A stretch of DNA of 64,000 nucleotides from an uncultured bacterium. Its GTDB lineage: Bacteria; Zixibacteria; MSB-5A5; JAABVY01; JAHJOQ01. Shown here one piece after another: positions 28,726 through 39,284 of the stretch. The translations under genes and the position numbers were made by a program. The notes beneath the pieces were generated by a model. The model saw only the letters and a program-made list of their open reading frames with translations. It was not told where the DNA came from and searched no databases. The stretch is from contig CBDUQR010000010.1 in NCBI GenBank assembly GCA_965369655.1, positions 1-64,000 of the forward strand, given 5' to 3'. Position 1 is the stretch's first letter; each line of letters begins with the position of its first letter.

Positions 28726-29871
28726 CTATCTGTCCATAGCTTTCCTGATGTACGCCGGTATTTCGAGATCATTTCGATCTAAACCATCATCGCCCCGTTC
28801 TGCTACAGCCGCAACTGCCTGCCCACGACCTGCGAGCGCTTCCGATGTCGCCCTTGCCCGCTGCTGATGGAACAGGTCTACTACATTAGTGTCATAATCG
28901 AATACTTCTTTCTGGGCGCGACCGAACCCGGTAGCGATAACCGTCACGCGCATCTCGTCGCCGAGCGATTCGTCGATCACTGCGCCGAAGATGATTTCAG
29001 CGTCGTTGCCTGCGGCTTCATAGATAACATTCGTGGCGTCGTTGACCTGTGAGAGTGTCATATCGGTTCCGCCGCAGACATTGATCAGGACTCCTTTCGC
29101 GCCGGATATGCACGTGCTCTCCAGCAGCGGGGAGCTAATAGCTGCGTTCGCTGCGTCGGCTCCGGCTGACTCTCCTGTACCATAGCCGGAACCCATCAGC
29201 GCCTCGCCCCTCCCGAGCATGACCGTGCGGACATCCGCGAAATCACAGTTGATTATGCCGGGCACGGTGATCAGATCGGATATGCCGCGAGTGGCGTGCA
29301 GAAGAGTCTCATCGGCCATAAGGAACGCCTGCGTGAAGGTCGTATCCTTGTCGACAATCTCGATGAGCTTCTGATTTGGAATCACGATCATCGTGTCGAC
29401 GCGGCTCTTGAGTTCATCGATTCCCATCAGCGCCTTGTTCATGCGCCTGCGGCCTTCGAAAGTAAACGGCTTCGTTATGATCCCGACCGTAAGCGCGCCC
29501 TGCTCGCGTGCCAGCTCGGCCACGATCGGCGCTGCGCCGGTGCCGGTACCGCCGCCCATGCCTGCGGTCACGAAAACCATGTCCGCACCCTTGAGCGCTT
29601 CGGCGACAGTGTCCCTGTCCTCCTCGATAGCTCTCCTGCCGACCTCGGGATCAGCGCCTGCGCCGAGACCCTTTGTGCAGCGCTCACCGATCTTGATCCT
29701 GTTGGCAGCCTTGGACCCATCGAGAGCTTGTGCGTCGGTGTTGACGGCGATGAACTCGACGCCCTCCAGTCTTGCATCGATCATGCGATTTATCGCATTG
29801 TTACCGGCTCCGCCGACTCCGGCAACCTTGATCAGCGCCTTCCCCATGAAGTTGTCATCAAAACTGATCAT
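28726..29871 (-). CDS. ftsZ: Cell division protein FtsZ
   Basis: GGGTGTG tubulin motif, NCDFADV and a C-terminal LEIPAYIR tail. Confidence 0.97.
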   Translation of the reverse strand: MISFDDNFMGKALIKVAGVGGAGNNAINRMIDARLEGVEFIAVNTDAQALDGSKAANRIKIGERCTKGLGAGADPEVGRRAIEEDRDTVAEALKGADMVFVTAGMGGGTGTGAAPIVAELAREQGALTVGIITKPFTFEGRRRMNKALMGIDELKSRVDTMIVIPNQKLIEIVDKDTTFTQAFLMADETLLHATRGISDLITVPGIINCDFADVRTVMLGRGEALMGSGYGTGESAGADAANAAISSPLLESTCISGAKGVLINVCGGTDMTLSQVNDATNVIYEAAGNDAEIIFGAVIDESLGDEMRVTVIATGFGRAQKEVFDYDTNVVDLFHQQRARATSEALAGRGQAVAAVAERGDDGLDRNDLEIPAYIRKAMDR

Positions 29872-29883
29872 TCGATCCTCCCA

Positions 29884-31113
29884 TCATATATTTAGAATTG
29901 CATTTATTGCGCTTTCACATTTTCGTGCGAGTCTTCCGAAGAACTTCGGATTCTTGATCTCGGCTGATCGCTCCCTGAACCCATGCAACAGGAGTCCCAT
30001 CGCGACGGCGACGCCGTACGGGCTGCTGTGGCAAGTATCTTCGTCGAAAAGCTTCGGTCTTGCCAGCCGCGCCGGAAGTCCGAAGATGCGTTCGGCGAGC
30101 GATTCCGTGTCTCTTATGCACGCGCCGCCGCCTGTCAGGATTACGCTCTCGACCTGGTCGGCGACAGGTGTGTTCGAGAGGTGACTCTGCGCCATCCGGA
30201 ATATCTCTTCCATCCGAGGTTCAATTATCGCGGCCAGAACAGTCCTCGATATTCGACGCTGGTAGAACTCTCCCAGGTCCGGAAGGGTCAGCTTCTCCTT
30301 CGGATCGACACGCGAAATCAGGGCCGATCCCTGACATATCTTCAATTCCTCGGCGGCATCCATCGGAAGACGCAGGCCGTAGGCGATGTCGGCTGTGACA
30401 TTTCTTCCGCCGACCGGCAGAGACTCCGTGTGCCAGACAGAATCTTCGACATAAAGCGCAAGATCAACAGTCTCCGCGCCGATATCGATCAGGATAGCTC
30501 CCGATCTCTTCTCCTCCTGAGTCAGAACAGCCTCGGAAGCGGCGATAGAGTTGAAGACCATTTCCTGCACATTTGCTCCGGCATTCTTCACGCAATCGAG
30601 CACGCTCCCTGCGGCAGCTACCGAAGCGGTCACGATATGGACTCCGACTTCGAGCCGCTCGCCCGACATGCCGATCGGGTCGTTGATGCCGTCCCTGTCA
30701 TCCACCGCAAAATGCTGCGGTATCACATGCAGGCGTTCTCTCTGCTCCGGAATACTTACAGCTTTAGCCAAATCGATTGCGCGCTCCATCTCGTCGTCGG
30801 TTATCTCATTATCTATGACATTGATCGAGATGGCTCCCCGACTGTTGAGACCTCTGATGTGCTCTCCTGAAATGTTGACATAGAGCGGTCCTGTCTTGAC
30901 TCCCGCATCTTCTTCGGCGCGGGAAATCGCCGCAGCTACCTGTGCGCCTGCACTTTCGGCGTCGACGATTATCCCGTTCTTTACACCCGACGACGGCACC
31001 TCCGACACTCCAAGAAAAACGAGATCGTCATCCGGTCCAATCTGTCCGATTGCACAGCAAATCTTGTGTGAGCCGATGTCCAGCCCGGAAATGATCTTTC
31101 TTGCCTGCATCAT
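29884..31113 (-). CDS. ftsA: Cell division protein FtsA
   Basis: GLDIGS.KI, DIGAETVD and LTGGGA actin-like motifs. Confidence 0.93.
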   Translation of the reverse strand: MMQARKIISGLDIGSHKICCAIGQIGPDDDLVFLGVSEVPSSGVKNGIIVDAESAGAQVAAAISRAEEDAGVKTGPLYVNISGEHIRGLNSRGAISINVIDNEITDDEMERAIDLAKAVSIPEQRERLHVIPQHFAVDDRDGINDPIGMSGERLEVGVHIVTASVAAAGSVLDCVKNAGANVQEMVFNSIAASEAVLTQEEKRSGAILIDIGAETVDLALYVEDSVWHTESLPVGGRNVTADIAYGLRLPMDAAEELKICQGSALISRVDPKEKLTLPDLGEFYQRRISRTVLAAIIEPRMEEIFRMAQSHLSNTPVADQVESVILTGGGACIRDTESLAERIFGLPARLARPKLFDEDTCHSSPYGVAVAMGLLLHGFRERSAEIKNPKFFGRLARKCESAINAILNI

Positions 31114-31126
31114 TTATCCCTCATAT

Positions 31127-31843
31127 CTAAGTCAATCTTTTCGCAACTACTGATCTCCCAAACCTGAGATCTATCTCTGCCCCGGACGGAAGGCTGCCGT
31201 GGCTTATTATCGCATAGAGCCGCCCAAGCTTCAGATTGTATTCTCCCTTCCCGACGATCACGCGCGAGTTCGAGTTCCTCATGTACAGGATTGGGCTTTC
31301 GGGAGAGGACATGTCTATTTCAGAAATAGCGTCATGCAATTTCGGGAATTCCGATTTCATCGTAAGGCAGATACTGAGCGCTTCGCGGACCTCATCCGAT
31401 GATACTGTCGTGTACGGTGGGGTATCATCGAGTTGAATGCCGGTTATGACAAGCAGGTCGGATACGTCGGCGCAATCACGATATGGTATCAACTCTCCCC
31501 TGCTCGATAAGCCGTGCAGGTCCGGAAGCGATATCAGCGCGGCTGGTTTCTTCCGCTCGCCGGTACAGATAACGCTTCCCGACAGACTCAGTCGGCAATG
31601 CACTTCGTTTAGTCGAGGATTCATGGCGAGCAGCGCGGCGGAGTATTGCGCCAACGGCTGCCTGAAATAGTTCCGCTCGTCGGCATCGTCGATGAGCCGC
31701 TCGAAATCGACTTCGATCTGCGCATCATCCACGATGAACAGACGCGCATGCACCGTCACCAGCGGATAGAAATAAACGAATATGCAAAATGCCGACACGA
31801 GCGCGACAGTGACTGCAACCGCTCTCTGCTTGATCCTCGTCAA
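31127..31843 (-). CDS. ftsQ: Cell division protein FtsQ/DivIB (divergent)
   Basis: N-terminal TM helix, C-terminal IDLRF motif and position between murC and ftsA. Confidence 0.75.
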   Translation of the reverse strand: MTRIKQRAVAVTVALVSAFCIFVYFYPLVTVHARLFIVDDAQIEVDFERLIDDADERNYFRQPLAQYSAALLAMNPRLNEVHCRLSLSGSVICTGERKKPAALISLPDLHGLSSRGELIPYRDCADVSDLLVITGIQLDDTPPYTTVSSDEVREALSICLTMKSEFPKLHDAISEIDMSSPESPILYMRNSNSRVIVGKGEYNLKLGRLYAIISHGSLPSGAEIDLRFGRSVVAKRLT

Positions 31844-33213
31844 CGCTTGAGTACCTCCAGTATTTCAGGGCAGACCTGATAGATGTCGCCTGCACCGATT
31901 GTCATCACCATTGAGTTGTCGATCCGATGTTCAGCGATGAACTGCGGCACCTCTCTCATATCATCGATATAGTGGCAGTTCTTGTGACCATACTCTCTTG
32001 CCGCGGTCACGATCATTTCGGCTGATACTCCCGGCATCGGTTCCTCGCGGGCGGCGTAGATCCTCGTGACGATCAGCATGTCCGAGAGCAGCAGCGCCTT
32101 CGCAAAATCGCGGTAGAAGTCTTTTGTCCTGGAGTAGAGATGCGGCTGAAAAACGGCAACCAGAGGCCTGCCATATCCAGTCCTCGCAGCCTTGAGCGTT
32201 TCTTCCACTTCGGTCGGATGATGCGCGTAGTCATCGACGACCATCACACCCGACTCTTCGCCTTTCATCTCGAAGCGCCTGACGACGCCACTAAAACCCT
32301 CGAGCGCTGACTTGATCTTCTCCCACGGAATGTCGAACTCCAGGCCAACGGCTATCGCGGCAAGCGCGTTGCGAATGTTGAATATGCCGGGCATCCTGAT
32401 GCTCACTTCACCCAGCGTATCGCCGTTGCTGTGGACCGTGAAGGTCGAGACACCCTGATCGAAGGATGGATTCGATGCCCTTACAGCCGCCTGAGTCGTG
32501 AACCCGAATGTCCTGACCGGCCGCTTCAGGTCCGAAATCAGCGACACGACATTTTCGTCATCCATGTTGAGGATAATCGTACCGTAGAACGGTACTATGT
32601 TCGCGAATTCAATGAACGCCTCTCTGATACTTTCGAAATCGCCGTAGTAGTCGAGATGATCGGCTTCGAGGCTCGTTATAACCGCCATCGAGTGAGTCAG
32701 GTTCAGGAACGATCTGTCGTATTCATCCGCTTCGGCGACCATGAAAGCCCCGCCGCCAGCTTTCACATTCGTGCCGTACTGCTGAACTCGCCCACCGACG
32801 ATGACCGTCGGATCGAATCCGCCTGCGGTCAGCACCGCCCCGACAATCGATGTCGTGGTCGTCTTGCCATGAGTGCCCCCGATGCCGACCCCGTACTTGG
32901 CACGCATCAACTCGCCGAGCATCTCGGCGCGACGAATGACCGGGATCATTGATTCCTTTGCCGCCGTGACTTCTGGATTGTCGTCTCTTATCGCGGATGA
33001 GATGACTACAGCGTGAGCACCTCCGACGTTTTCGGCTTTGTGTTCGAAGCAGATCGATATCCCGAGTTCGACAAGGTGATCGGTAACCTCGCTTTGGACC
33101 AGATCGCTGCCGGTCACGGCGAAGCCTTCGTCATAGAGCATCTCAGCGATGCCTGACATCCCGATGCCTCCTATTCCGACGAAGTGAAGCCTTTTGATCT
33201 TTCCAAATCTCAC
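31840..33213 (-). CDS. murC: UDP-N-acetylmuramate--L-alanine ligase
   Basis: HFVGIGGIGMSG, GTHGKTTT, EADEYD and DDYAHHPTE. Confidence 0.96.
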   Translation of the reverse strand: MRFGKIKRLHFVGIGGIGMSGIAEMLYDEGFAVTGSDLVQSEVTDHLVELGISICFEHKAENVGGAHAVVISSAIRDDNPEVTAAKESMIPVIRRAEMLGELMRAKYGVGIGGTHGKTTTTSIVGAVLTAGGFDPTVIVGGRVQQYGTNVKAGGGAFMVAEADEYDRSFLNLTHSMAVITSLEADHLDYYGDFESIREAFIEFANIVPFYGTIILNMDDENVVSLISDLKRPVRTFGFTTQAAVRASNPSFDQGVSTFTVHSNGDTLGEVSIRMPGIFNIRNALAAIAVGLEFDIPWEKIKSALEGFSGVVRRFEMKGEESGVMVVDDYAHHPTEVEETLKAARTGYGRPLVAVFQPHLYSRTKDFYRDFAKALLLSDMLIVTRIYAAREEPMPGVSAEMIVTAAREYGHKNCHYIDDMREVPQFIAEHRIDNSMVMTIGAGDIYQVCPEILEVLKR

Positions 33214-34313
33214 TGTATCACCTCCGCCAGCAGCGCGCCGGCGATTATGTCCGATGCGCCCGGCCTGTGGAGCTTCTGGGAATTCGCAGCCATTCGGGAC
33301 AGCTCTCTGTCATCTGAAAGCAGCTTGAACGCGATTCCAATCGGGTCGGATTCCTCGATCAGATCCTGCCTGACGAGGATAGCAGCGCCCTTCTTCTCGA
33401 CAAGCCTCGCATTGTAGACCTGGTGATTCTCGGCTGCGAATGGATATGGAACCAGTATCGCGGGCTTGCCTGCGGCTGCAAGTTCGGCGAGTGTGAGCGC
33501 GCCAGATCTCGATATAGCGAGGTCCGCGCACGCATACGCCAAATCCATCCTGTCGATGAACGGCAGCACGACTCCGGCAACACCGGACTGTCGGAACCTG
33601 TCGCTGCAATCGTCATAGTCAGCTATGCCGGTTTGCCAAATCAACTGCAGATCATCGCGAGCGGCAATCCTGTCCAGATTGTCTGAGATCAACCGGTTCA
33701 GAGCCTGCGCTCCCTGACTTCCACCGAATACGAGCAGCGTCTTTCTCGACTCGTCCAGTCCGAAGCATGTGACGCCCTCATCACGATCGCCGACTTCGAA
33801 TCCGGGCCGCAGCGGGTTGCCGGTTTGCACGACTTTGGCGTCGGGATGCAGGAAATCCTCAATCGACTGATAGGCTGCGAACACTGTCTCGGCCTTTCTG
33901 GCAAAGAGTCTTGTGGTCAGACCGGGATACGAGTTTTGCTCCTGGAGGAAAATCCTGACCCCAGCAATCCTCGCAGCAATCAGGACCGGCACACATGGGA
34001 ATCCACCGGTCGAGAGCAGCATGGCGGCCTTAGTCCTCTTGAGAAGCATGTATGACTGAAGCGTGCCGAGCGCCAACACGAACGGAATAGCCAGGTTCTT
34101 CGGATGCAGGCTCCGCCGAAGCGGTACTGCCGAGACAGCATGGAACTCAAAACCGCTCTCCGGAACGATTCTTGCCTCCATCCCGTCGGATGTCCCGATC
34201 ATATACACGTTCAAATCACTTCGCATCGTTTTGAGACTTCGCGCGACGGCCAGCGCGGGATAGAGATGGCCTCCCGTTCGACCGCCAGCTATTGCTATGG
34301 AAAAATCACTCAT
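33210..34313 (-). CDS. murG: Lipid I N-acetylglucosaminyltransferase MurG
   Basis: GG.TGGHLYPA, EQN, GNPLR, GGSQGA and HQ..NA. Confidence 0.95.
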   Translation of the reverse strand: MSDFSIAIAGGRTGGHLYPALAVARSLKTMRSDLNVYMIGTSDGMEARIVPESGFEFHAVSAVPLRRSLHPKNLAIPFVLALGTLQSYMLLKRTKAAMLLSTGGFPCVPVLIAARIAGVRIFLQEQNSYPGLTTRLFARKAETVFAAYQSIEDFLHPDAKVVQTGNPLRPGFEVGDRDEGVTCFGLDESRKTLLVFGGSQGAQALNRLISDNLDRIAARDDLQLIWQTGIADYDDCSDRFRQSGVAGVVLPFIDRMDLAYACADLAISRSGALTLAELAAAGKPAILVPYPFAAENHQVYNARLVEKKGAAILVRQDLIEESDPIGIAFKLLSDDRELSRMAANSQKLHRPGASDIIAGALLAEVIQ

Positions 34314-35427
34314 GTCGTTCAAAGAACAGTGTCTTCCCCCTCTTTCTTCGCGATATATTCAGGAGCATCCCTACAGCCGACGCCGAAATTAAGAGCGATG
34401 TGCCGCCGTAGCTGACGAATGGCAGCGGCATCCCGGTCGTAGGGATAAGACTTACAGTCACGGCAATATTTATCAGAGCGCTCACTGTCAGCGCCATCGT
34501 AATACCGAATCCGAGGAAGAAACCGAATCGGTTCTGCGAGGCGACAGCCACCCGCAACCCGCGCCAGAAAATGACTGCGAAGAGCACAAGCATTATCGTT
34601 ACCCAGATGAATCCGCCCTCTTCAGCAAAGTTCGCGAATATAAAATCGGTATGCACTTCGGGGACGAAAAAGAGCTTGGCCGAGCCGCGACCGATCCCTT
34701 TGCCGAACAACCCGCCTGAACCGATATAGAGTATCGACTGCTTGACCTGATAAGCGCCGTTCAGCGGGTCCTTGATCGATTCGATGTATTCGAGAATTCT
34801 TCCCTTCTTATATCCAAGCATAAACACCGTGACATACGCCACTCCGGCCAGCAAAGCCGCCCCGAATGCGACCTTCCTGAGTCTGCATCCGGCAACGAAA
34901 GCCATACCGACGAGTACCATCGAAATCACGAGGACTGTTCCCAGGTCCGGTTCCACTACTATCAACCCGAGCCCGATGATGACAGTCGCTGTCACAAGAC
35001 GGAAGTGCCAGGCAGGCTGCTCCTTTCGCTGGTCGCGAGCAAGGAAATGCGCCATCAGGTATATCATGACATACTTGAAGATTTCGGATGGTTGCAGACT
35101 CAGGAAGCCGAGGCCGATCCACCTGCTCGCATCGTTGATCTTCGGCATGAACAGCACCACAGCGAGAAGCACAACAGAAACCGACACTGCCACCCAGACA
35201 ATCTTGCGAAACCAGTCATACGGTACGGCTGCGAAAATGAGCATCGAGATCAGAGCCATGCCGGAAAACACGAGCTGCCTGGTAAAGAAATGAGCATGCT
35301 CGCCCGCAAACTTCTGGTCAGCGAGGAACACGGATGACGAGTAGACCTCGACAATTCCGACCGTCATGAGGAGCAGGACGGCAGTGTAGAGCACAAGGTC
35401 GACGCCATTTCGCCTCATCCTTCTCAT
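34306..35427 (-). CDS. ftsW: SEDS peptidoglycan polymerase FtsW
   Basis: QPSE.FK, EPDLGT, PEVHTDFIF and LPFVSYGG. ATG 35427 overlaps the murD stop. Confidence 0.93.
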   Translation of the reverse strand: MRRMRRNGVDLVLYTAVLLLMTVGIVEVYSSSVFLADQKFAGEHAHFFTRQLVFSGMALISMLIFAAVPYDWFRKIVWVAVSVSVVLLAVVLFMPKINDASRWIGLGFLSLQPSEIFKYVMIYLMAHFLARDQRKEQPAWHFRLVTATVIIGLGLIVVEPDLGTVLVISMVLVGMAFVAGCRLRKVAFGAALLAGVAYVTVFMLGYKKGRILEYIESIKDPLNGAYQVKQSILYIGSGGLFGKGIGRGSAKLFFVPEVHTDFIFANFAEEGGFIWVTIMLVLFAVIFWRGLRVAVASQNRFGFFLGFGITMALTVSALINIAVTVSLIPTTGMPLPFVSYGGTSLLISASAVGMLLNISRRKRGKTLFFERHE

Positions 35428-36794
35428 TGAAACTCTCTCCTCAACTCGTCTACAGCCTCCTTGAAGGCGCGTCCACGATGCTCGAAATCGTCGAACATAT
35501 CGAACGATGCGCACGCCGGAGACAAAAGCAACGTGCCATCCGGTTCGGCAAGTCTGTACCCTGTGCGAACGGCTTCTTCCATCTCGCGGACTCTATAGAC
35601 CGGAACTACTCCTCCGAGCGCGGCGTCTATCTTGTCCGATGCTTCGCCGAGCAAAATGATCGCCCTGACGTTTCGACGCATCAGATCCTCGAGGCGCGTG
35701 AAATCACCCATCTTGTCTCTGCCGCCCATAATCACGACGAGCGAGCCCGGGATACTCTGCAGTGCATACCAGACCGAATCGACATTTGTCGCCTTGGAAT
35801 CGTTTATGAAACCGACCTGACCGATACGACCGCAATCTTCGAGCCGATGCTCCACACCACCAAACTGGCTGAGCGCATCGCGTATTGCATCGTCGCCGAT
35901 CCCGGCGATCACCGCGATCATTGCCGATGCGGCGGAGTTGGAGAGATTGTGCGGACCTTTCAGACGGATATCAGAGGTCTCGATCAATTCCCTCGTCCCA
36001 TCTTCATCTCCGTACATCAGAGAGTTGCCTTCGACAAAAACGCCCGGACTCACCCGCTCCCTGGTGCTGAAGTGGAGCTTCCTGCCCGGGAGCCTGCTTG
36101 ACAGTTGCATCAGGTATTCATCGTCGTAGTTGATAACAAGCGAATCATCATCGCTCTGAGATTCGCCAATTCTCATCTTCATTTCTGCATACGCAGTGAA
36201 ATCGTCGTACCGATCGAGGTGGTCAGGCGTCAGGTTGAGAATAGCCGCGATGTCGGGTTTGAAATCGTAGCACTTCTCGAGTTGGGCGGACGACACTTCG
36301 AGGATGACCCATCCATCGACCGAGGCTTTGTCGCAAATATCGCAGAACGGACTCCCGATATTGCCGGCCACGAATGTCGGGACACCGGCGCACTTGAATA
36401 CTTCACCGGTCAGAGATGTGGTCGTTGTCTTGCCGTTGGATCCGGTGACTGCCGCTATATGAGCGTCACACAGCCAGTAGCCAAGTTCTATTTCTGATAT
36501 CAGAGGAATTCTCGCCTCTTCTATCCGTTTGACCACAGGCGCATCGGGCGGCACCCCGGGACTGATTACAACATAGTCGACGCCTGTGTAGACACGGTCT
36601 GTATTGCCGCCTGTCTCGAAGGCAATTCCGTTTGATTCGAGGAAGCTGACGGCATCTTCGAGTGCGGATGACGGCCTGCTGTCCGACACGAAGACCTCAG
36701 CTCTGTGACGCTTCAGGAGCGCGGCAGCGGCGAGTCCGGACCTGGCGGCGCCGATGACGCCGACTCGTCTTCCTGTCACTCTGTCTTTTCTCAT
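35424..36794 (-). CDS. murD: UDP-MurNAc-L-Ala--D-Glu ligase
   Basis: GSNGKTTT, EVSS.QL, NDSKATN and LSPACASFD. Confidence 0.96.
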   Translation of the reverse strand: MRKDRVTGRRVGVIGAARSGLAAAALLKRHRAEVFVSDSRPSSALEDAVSFLESNGIAFETGGNTDRVYTGVDYVVISPGVPPDAPVVKRIEEARIPLISEIELGYWLCDAHIAAVTGSNGKTTTTSLTGEVFKCAGVPTFVAGNIGSPFCDICDKASVDGWVILEVSSAQLEKCYDFKPDIAAILNLTPDHLDRYDDFTAYAEMKMRIGESQSDDDSLVINYDDEYLMQLSSRLPGRKLHFSTRERVSPGVFVEGNSLMYGDEDGTRELIETSDIRLKGPHNLSNSAASAMIAVIAGIGDDAIRDALSQFGGVEHRLEDCGRIGQVGFINDSKATNVDSVWYALQSIPGSLVVIMGGRDKMGDFTRLEDLMRRNVRAIILLGEASDKIDAALGGVVPVYRVREMEEAVRTGYRLAEPDGTLLLSPACASFDMFDDFEHRGRAFKEAVDELRREFQ

Positions 36795-36798
36795 GCTC

Positions 36799-37890
36799 CT
36801 ACCTGATTTTCAATGTCGCCAGCGTCAACAGGGCGCAGATTATTCCGACAATCCAGAACCTCGTCACTACTTTAGTTTCCGGCCATCCGACTTGCTCGAA
36901 GTGGTGATGCAGCGGCGCCATCTTGAAAATGCGCTTGCGTCGCAGCTTGTATGACGACACCTGCAGAATCACCGACAATGCCTCCGCCACGAACACTCCT
37001 CCGACTATCACCAGCAAGAGTTCCTTCTTCAGCATGATAGCGAGCGCACCGAGCGCGCCGCCGAGCGCAAGCGCACCCGTGTCACCCATGAATACCTCCG
37101 CCGGATGGGAATTGTACCAGAGAAATCCGAGGGTCGCGCCCATTGTCGCACCGCAGAAAATTGCGAGTTCTCCGGCACCTTCAAGATACGTAATTTGTAA
37201 ATAGCTTGAGAAGTCAATCCTTCCACTTACATACGCGAATCCGGCGAATGCCATGATTGCAATGCCGGACAGGCCGGTCGCCAAACCATCGAGACCATCT
37301 GTCAGATTCACGGCGTTGGACGATCCCGTTATCACAAGGATAACAAAGGGAATGAACAAGAGCACCGAACCGAAATTCAGGACGTAATCTTTGATAAACG
37401 GGATTTCGGTCGTCGTGCCGAATGTGTCCGATGGGGACAGGTAGAAGAGCACGAGGCCGAATATCAAACCGCAGAGGATTTGTCCGGCGAGCTTGTACTT
37501 GCCGACCATGCCTTTCGGACGCTTCAGGATCGCTTTCATGTAGTCATCCATAAAACCGATCGCACCCATCCAGATCGTCACAAACAGAATCAACTGGATA
37601 AACCTGTTGGTCAGATCAGCCCAGAGAAGCGTCGGCAGGATGATCGCAGCGAGGATGATTATGCCGCCCATTGTCGGCGTACCCTCTTTGACATAGTGAG
37701 TTTTCGGACCCTCTTCCCGTATCTTTTCTTTAACGCCCTGTCGTCGCAGCAATCTTATGAACATCGGACCGAAAATGAGACTCACGATCAAAGCGGTCAG
37801 AGTGGCCCCCGCACTGCGGAACGTGATATACTTGAAGAGATTGAAAAACGAAATTTGATCGGTCAATGGATAGAGCAGATGGTACAACAT
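36799..37890 (-). CDS. mraY: Phospho-MurNAc-pentapeptide transferase
   Basis: GTPTMGG, NAVNLTDGLDGL, FMGDTG and MAPLHHHFE. Confidence 0.97.
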   Translation of the reverse strand: MLYHLLYPLTDQISFFNLFKYITFRSAGATLTALIVSLIFGPMFIRLLRRQGVKEKIREEGPKTHYVKEGTPTMGGIIILAAIILPTLLWADLTNRFIQLILFVTIWMGAIGFMDDYMKAILKRPKGMVGKYKLAGQILCGLIFGLVLFYLSPSDTFGTTTEIPFIKDYVLNFGSVLLFIPFVILVITGSSNAVNLTDGLDGLATGLSGIAIMAFAGFAYVSGRIDFSSYLQITYLEGAGELAIFCGATMGATLGFLWYNSHPAEVFMGDTGALALGGALGALAIMLKKELLLVIVGGVFVAEALSVILQVSSYKLRRKRIFKMAPLHHHFEQVGWPETKVVTRFWIVGIICALLTLATLKIR

Positions 37891-39284
37891 CAGCCTCGCC
37901 CCTCCAACTCTTCTTTCAGACGGTTTGCGATCCTGTCGAACTCCATGCCTCTCGATGCCTTTATCAGTACGGTATCGCCTGTTGTTACTTCATCGAGAAG
38001 CCAGTCCGCCATCTCATCAATGTATGTGAAATGCTTCAAGACCTGCGGCGGGCATCCCCCCTCTGCCGCTCCCTTGTTGATATTGTTTGCGAGTTTGCCG
38101 CACGTTACGAGCAGATCAGGACGGTGCTTCGACGCGTGCAGACCGATCTCTTTGTGCATCAGTGCTGATTGTTCGCCAAGCTCGAACATATCTCCGAGAA
38201 CTGCGATCTTCCTGCCGTCGGATTTGATAGCTTCGAGCGTCTCCAGCGCAAATCTCATCGAGGCAGGGTTGGCGTTGTAGCTATCATCTATGATCAGGAC
38301 TCCACCGATCTTGACCGTCTCCATCCTCATCTCGACAGGCTTGAAAGATTCGAGGGCAGTCCGGATACCCTCTCTCGGCACTCCGGTAGCCGAACCGACT
38401 GCTATGGCTGCGACGGCGTTGTACAAGTTGTGCATTCCGGGAGCATGAAGATGGATGTCTCCCACCGAGGTGATGCTGAATCTTGCACAACCCGTACCGT
38501 TGAACTCAAATCGTTCAGGCGTGAAATCAGACTCCTCTCGGATTCCGAAACCATATCGTTGCCGGCTCTCGGTTAAGTAGCGTCTTCGCAGGTATTCGTT
38601 GTCGACATTGAGAAATACAGTCCCGTCCTTCGACATGTTGTCGAGCAGCTCGAATTTCGCTTTAGCGATCGCCTCCACCGTCAGCATCGTTTCGAGATGC
38701 GCAGCATCGACGTTCGTTATGACGCCGTAGTCGGGTCGGACCAGTTCGGTCAGGGTCGCGATTTCGCCCGGAGTGCTCATGCCGAATTCAAATACTGCCA
38801 TTTCGCATGATTCATCCATCCCGAAGATCGAGAGCGGCACACCATACAGGTTGTTCAGATTGCCGGGAGATCGATACACGTTGAACTTTTTTGACAGGAC
38901 CAACGCGATCATTTCTTTGGTTGTCGTCTTGCCGTTCGTACCGGTCACTGCGATCTTCAAAGCCTCGATGCGTGACAGCCACCATGAGGCGAGAGAATGC
39001 ATCGCCTGCAGCGTATCGGCGACATGCAGCACTCTGCCTTTCTCTGACTTGTCCGCAGGAGTATAGCTGTTGTCAGCAATCACAGCGGCAGCGCCTTTCC
39101 GGATAGCTTCGGATATGTACTTATGACCATCGTGAATTCTTCCCCGGATCGCGACAAAAAGGTTTCCCGCGACAACAGTTCGCGAATCTATCGACACGCC
39201 CTCGAATGCGATGTCCATCAGATTACCTGCTCCGCCAGTGGCGTTGACAACTGAGGCGATATCTGCGAGTCCGGCTCTGATCAA
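37890..39284 (-). CDS. murF: UDP-MurNAc-tripeptide--D-Ala-D-Ala ligase
   Basis: GTNGKTTTKE, DDSYNANP, LGDM.ELG and IKASRG. Confidence 0.95.
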   Translation of the reverse strand: MIRAGLADIASVVNATGGAGNLMDIAFEGVSIDSRTVVAGNLFVAIRGRIHDGHKYISEAIRKGAAAVIADNSYTPADKSEKGRVLHVADTLQAMHSLASWWLSRIEALKIAVTGTNGKTTTKEMIALVLSKKFNVYRSPGNLNNLYGVPLSIFGMDESCEMAVFEFGMSTPGEIATLTELVRPDYGVITNVDAAHLETMLTVEAIAKAKFELLDNMSKDGTVFLNVDNEYLRRRYLTESRQRYGFGIREESDFTPERFEFNGTGCARFSITSVGDIHLHAPGMHNLYNAVAAIAVGSATGVPREGIRTALESFKPVEMRMETVKIGGVLIIDDSYNANPASMRFALETLEAIKSDGRKIAVLGDMFELGEQSALMHKEIGLHASKHRPDLLVTCGKLANNINKGAAEGGCPPQVLKHFTYIDEMADWLLDEVTTGDTVLIKASRGMEFDRIANRLKEELEGRG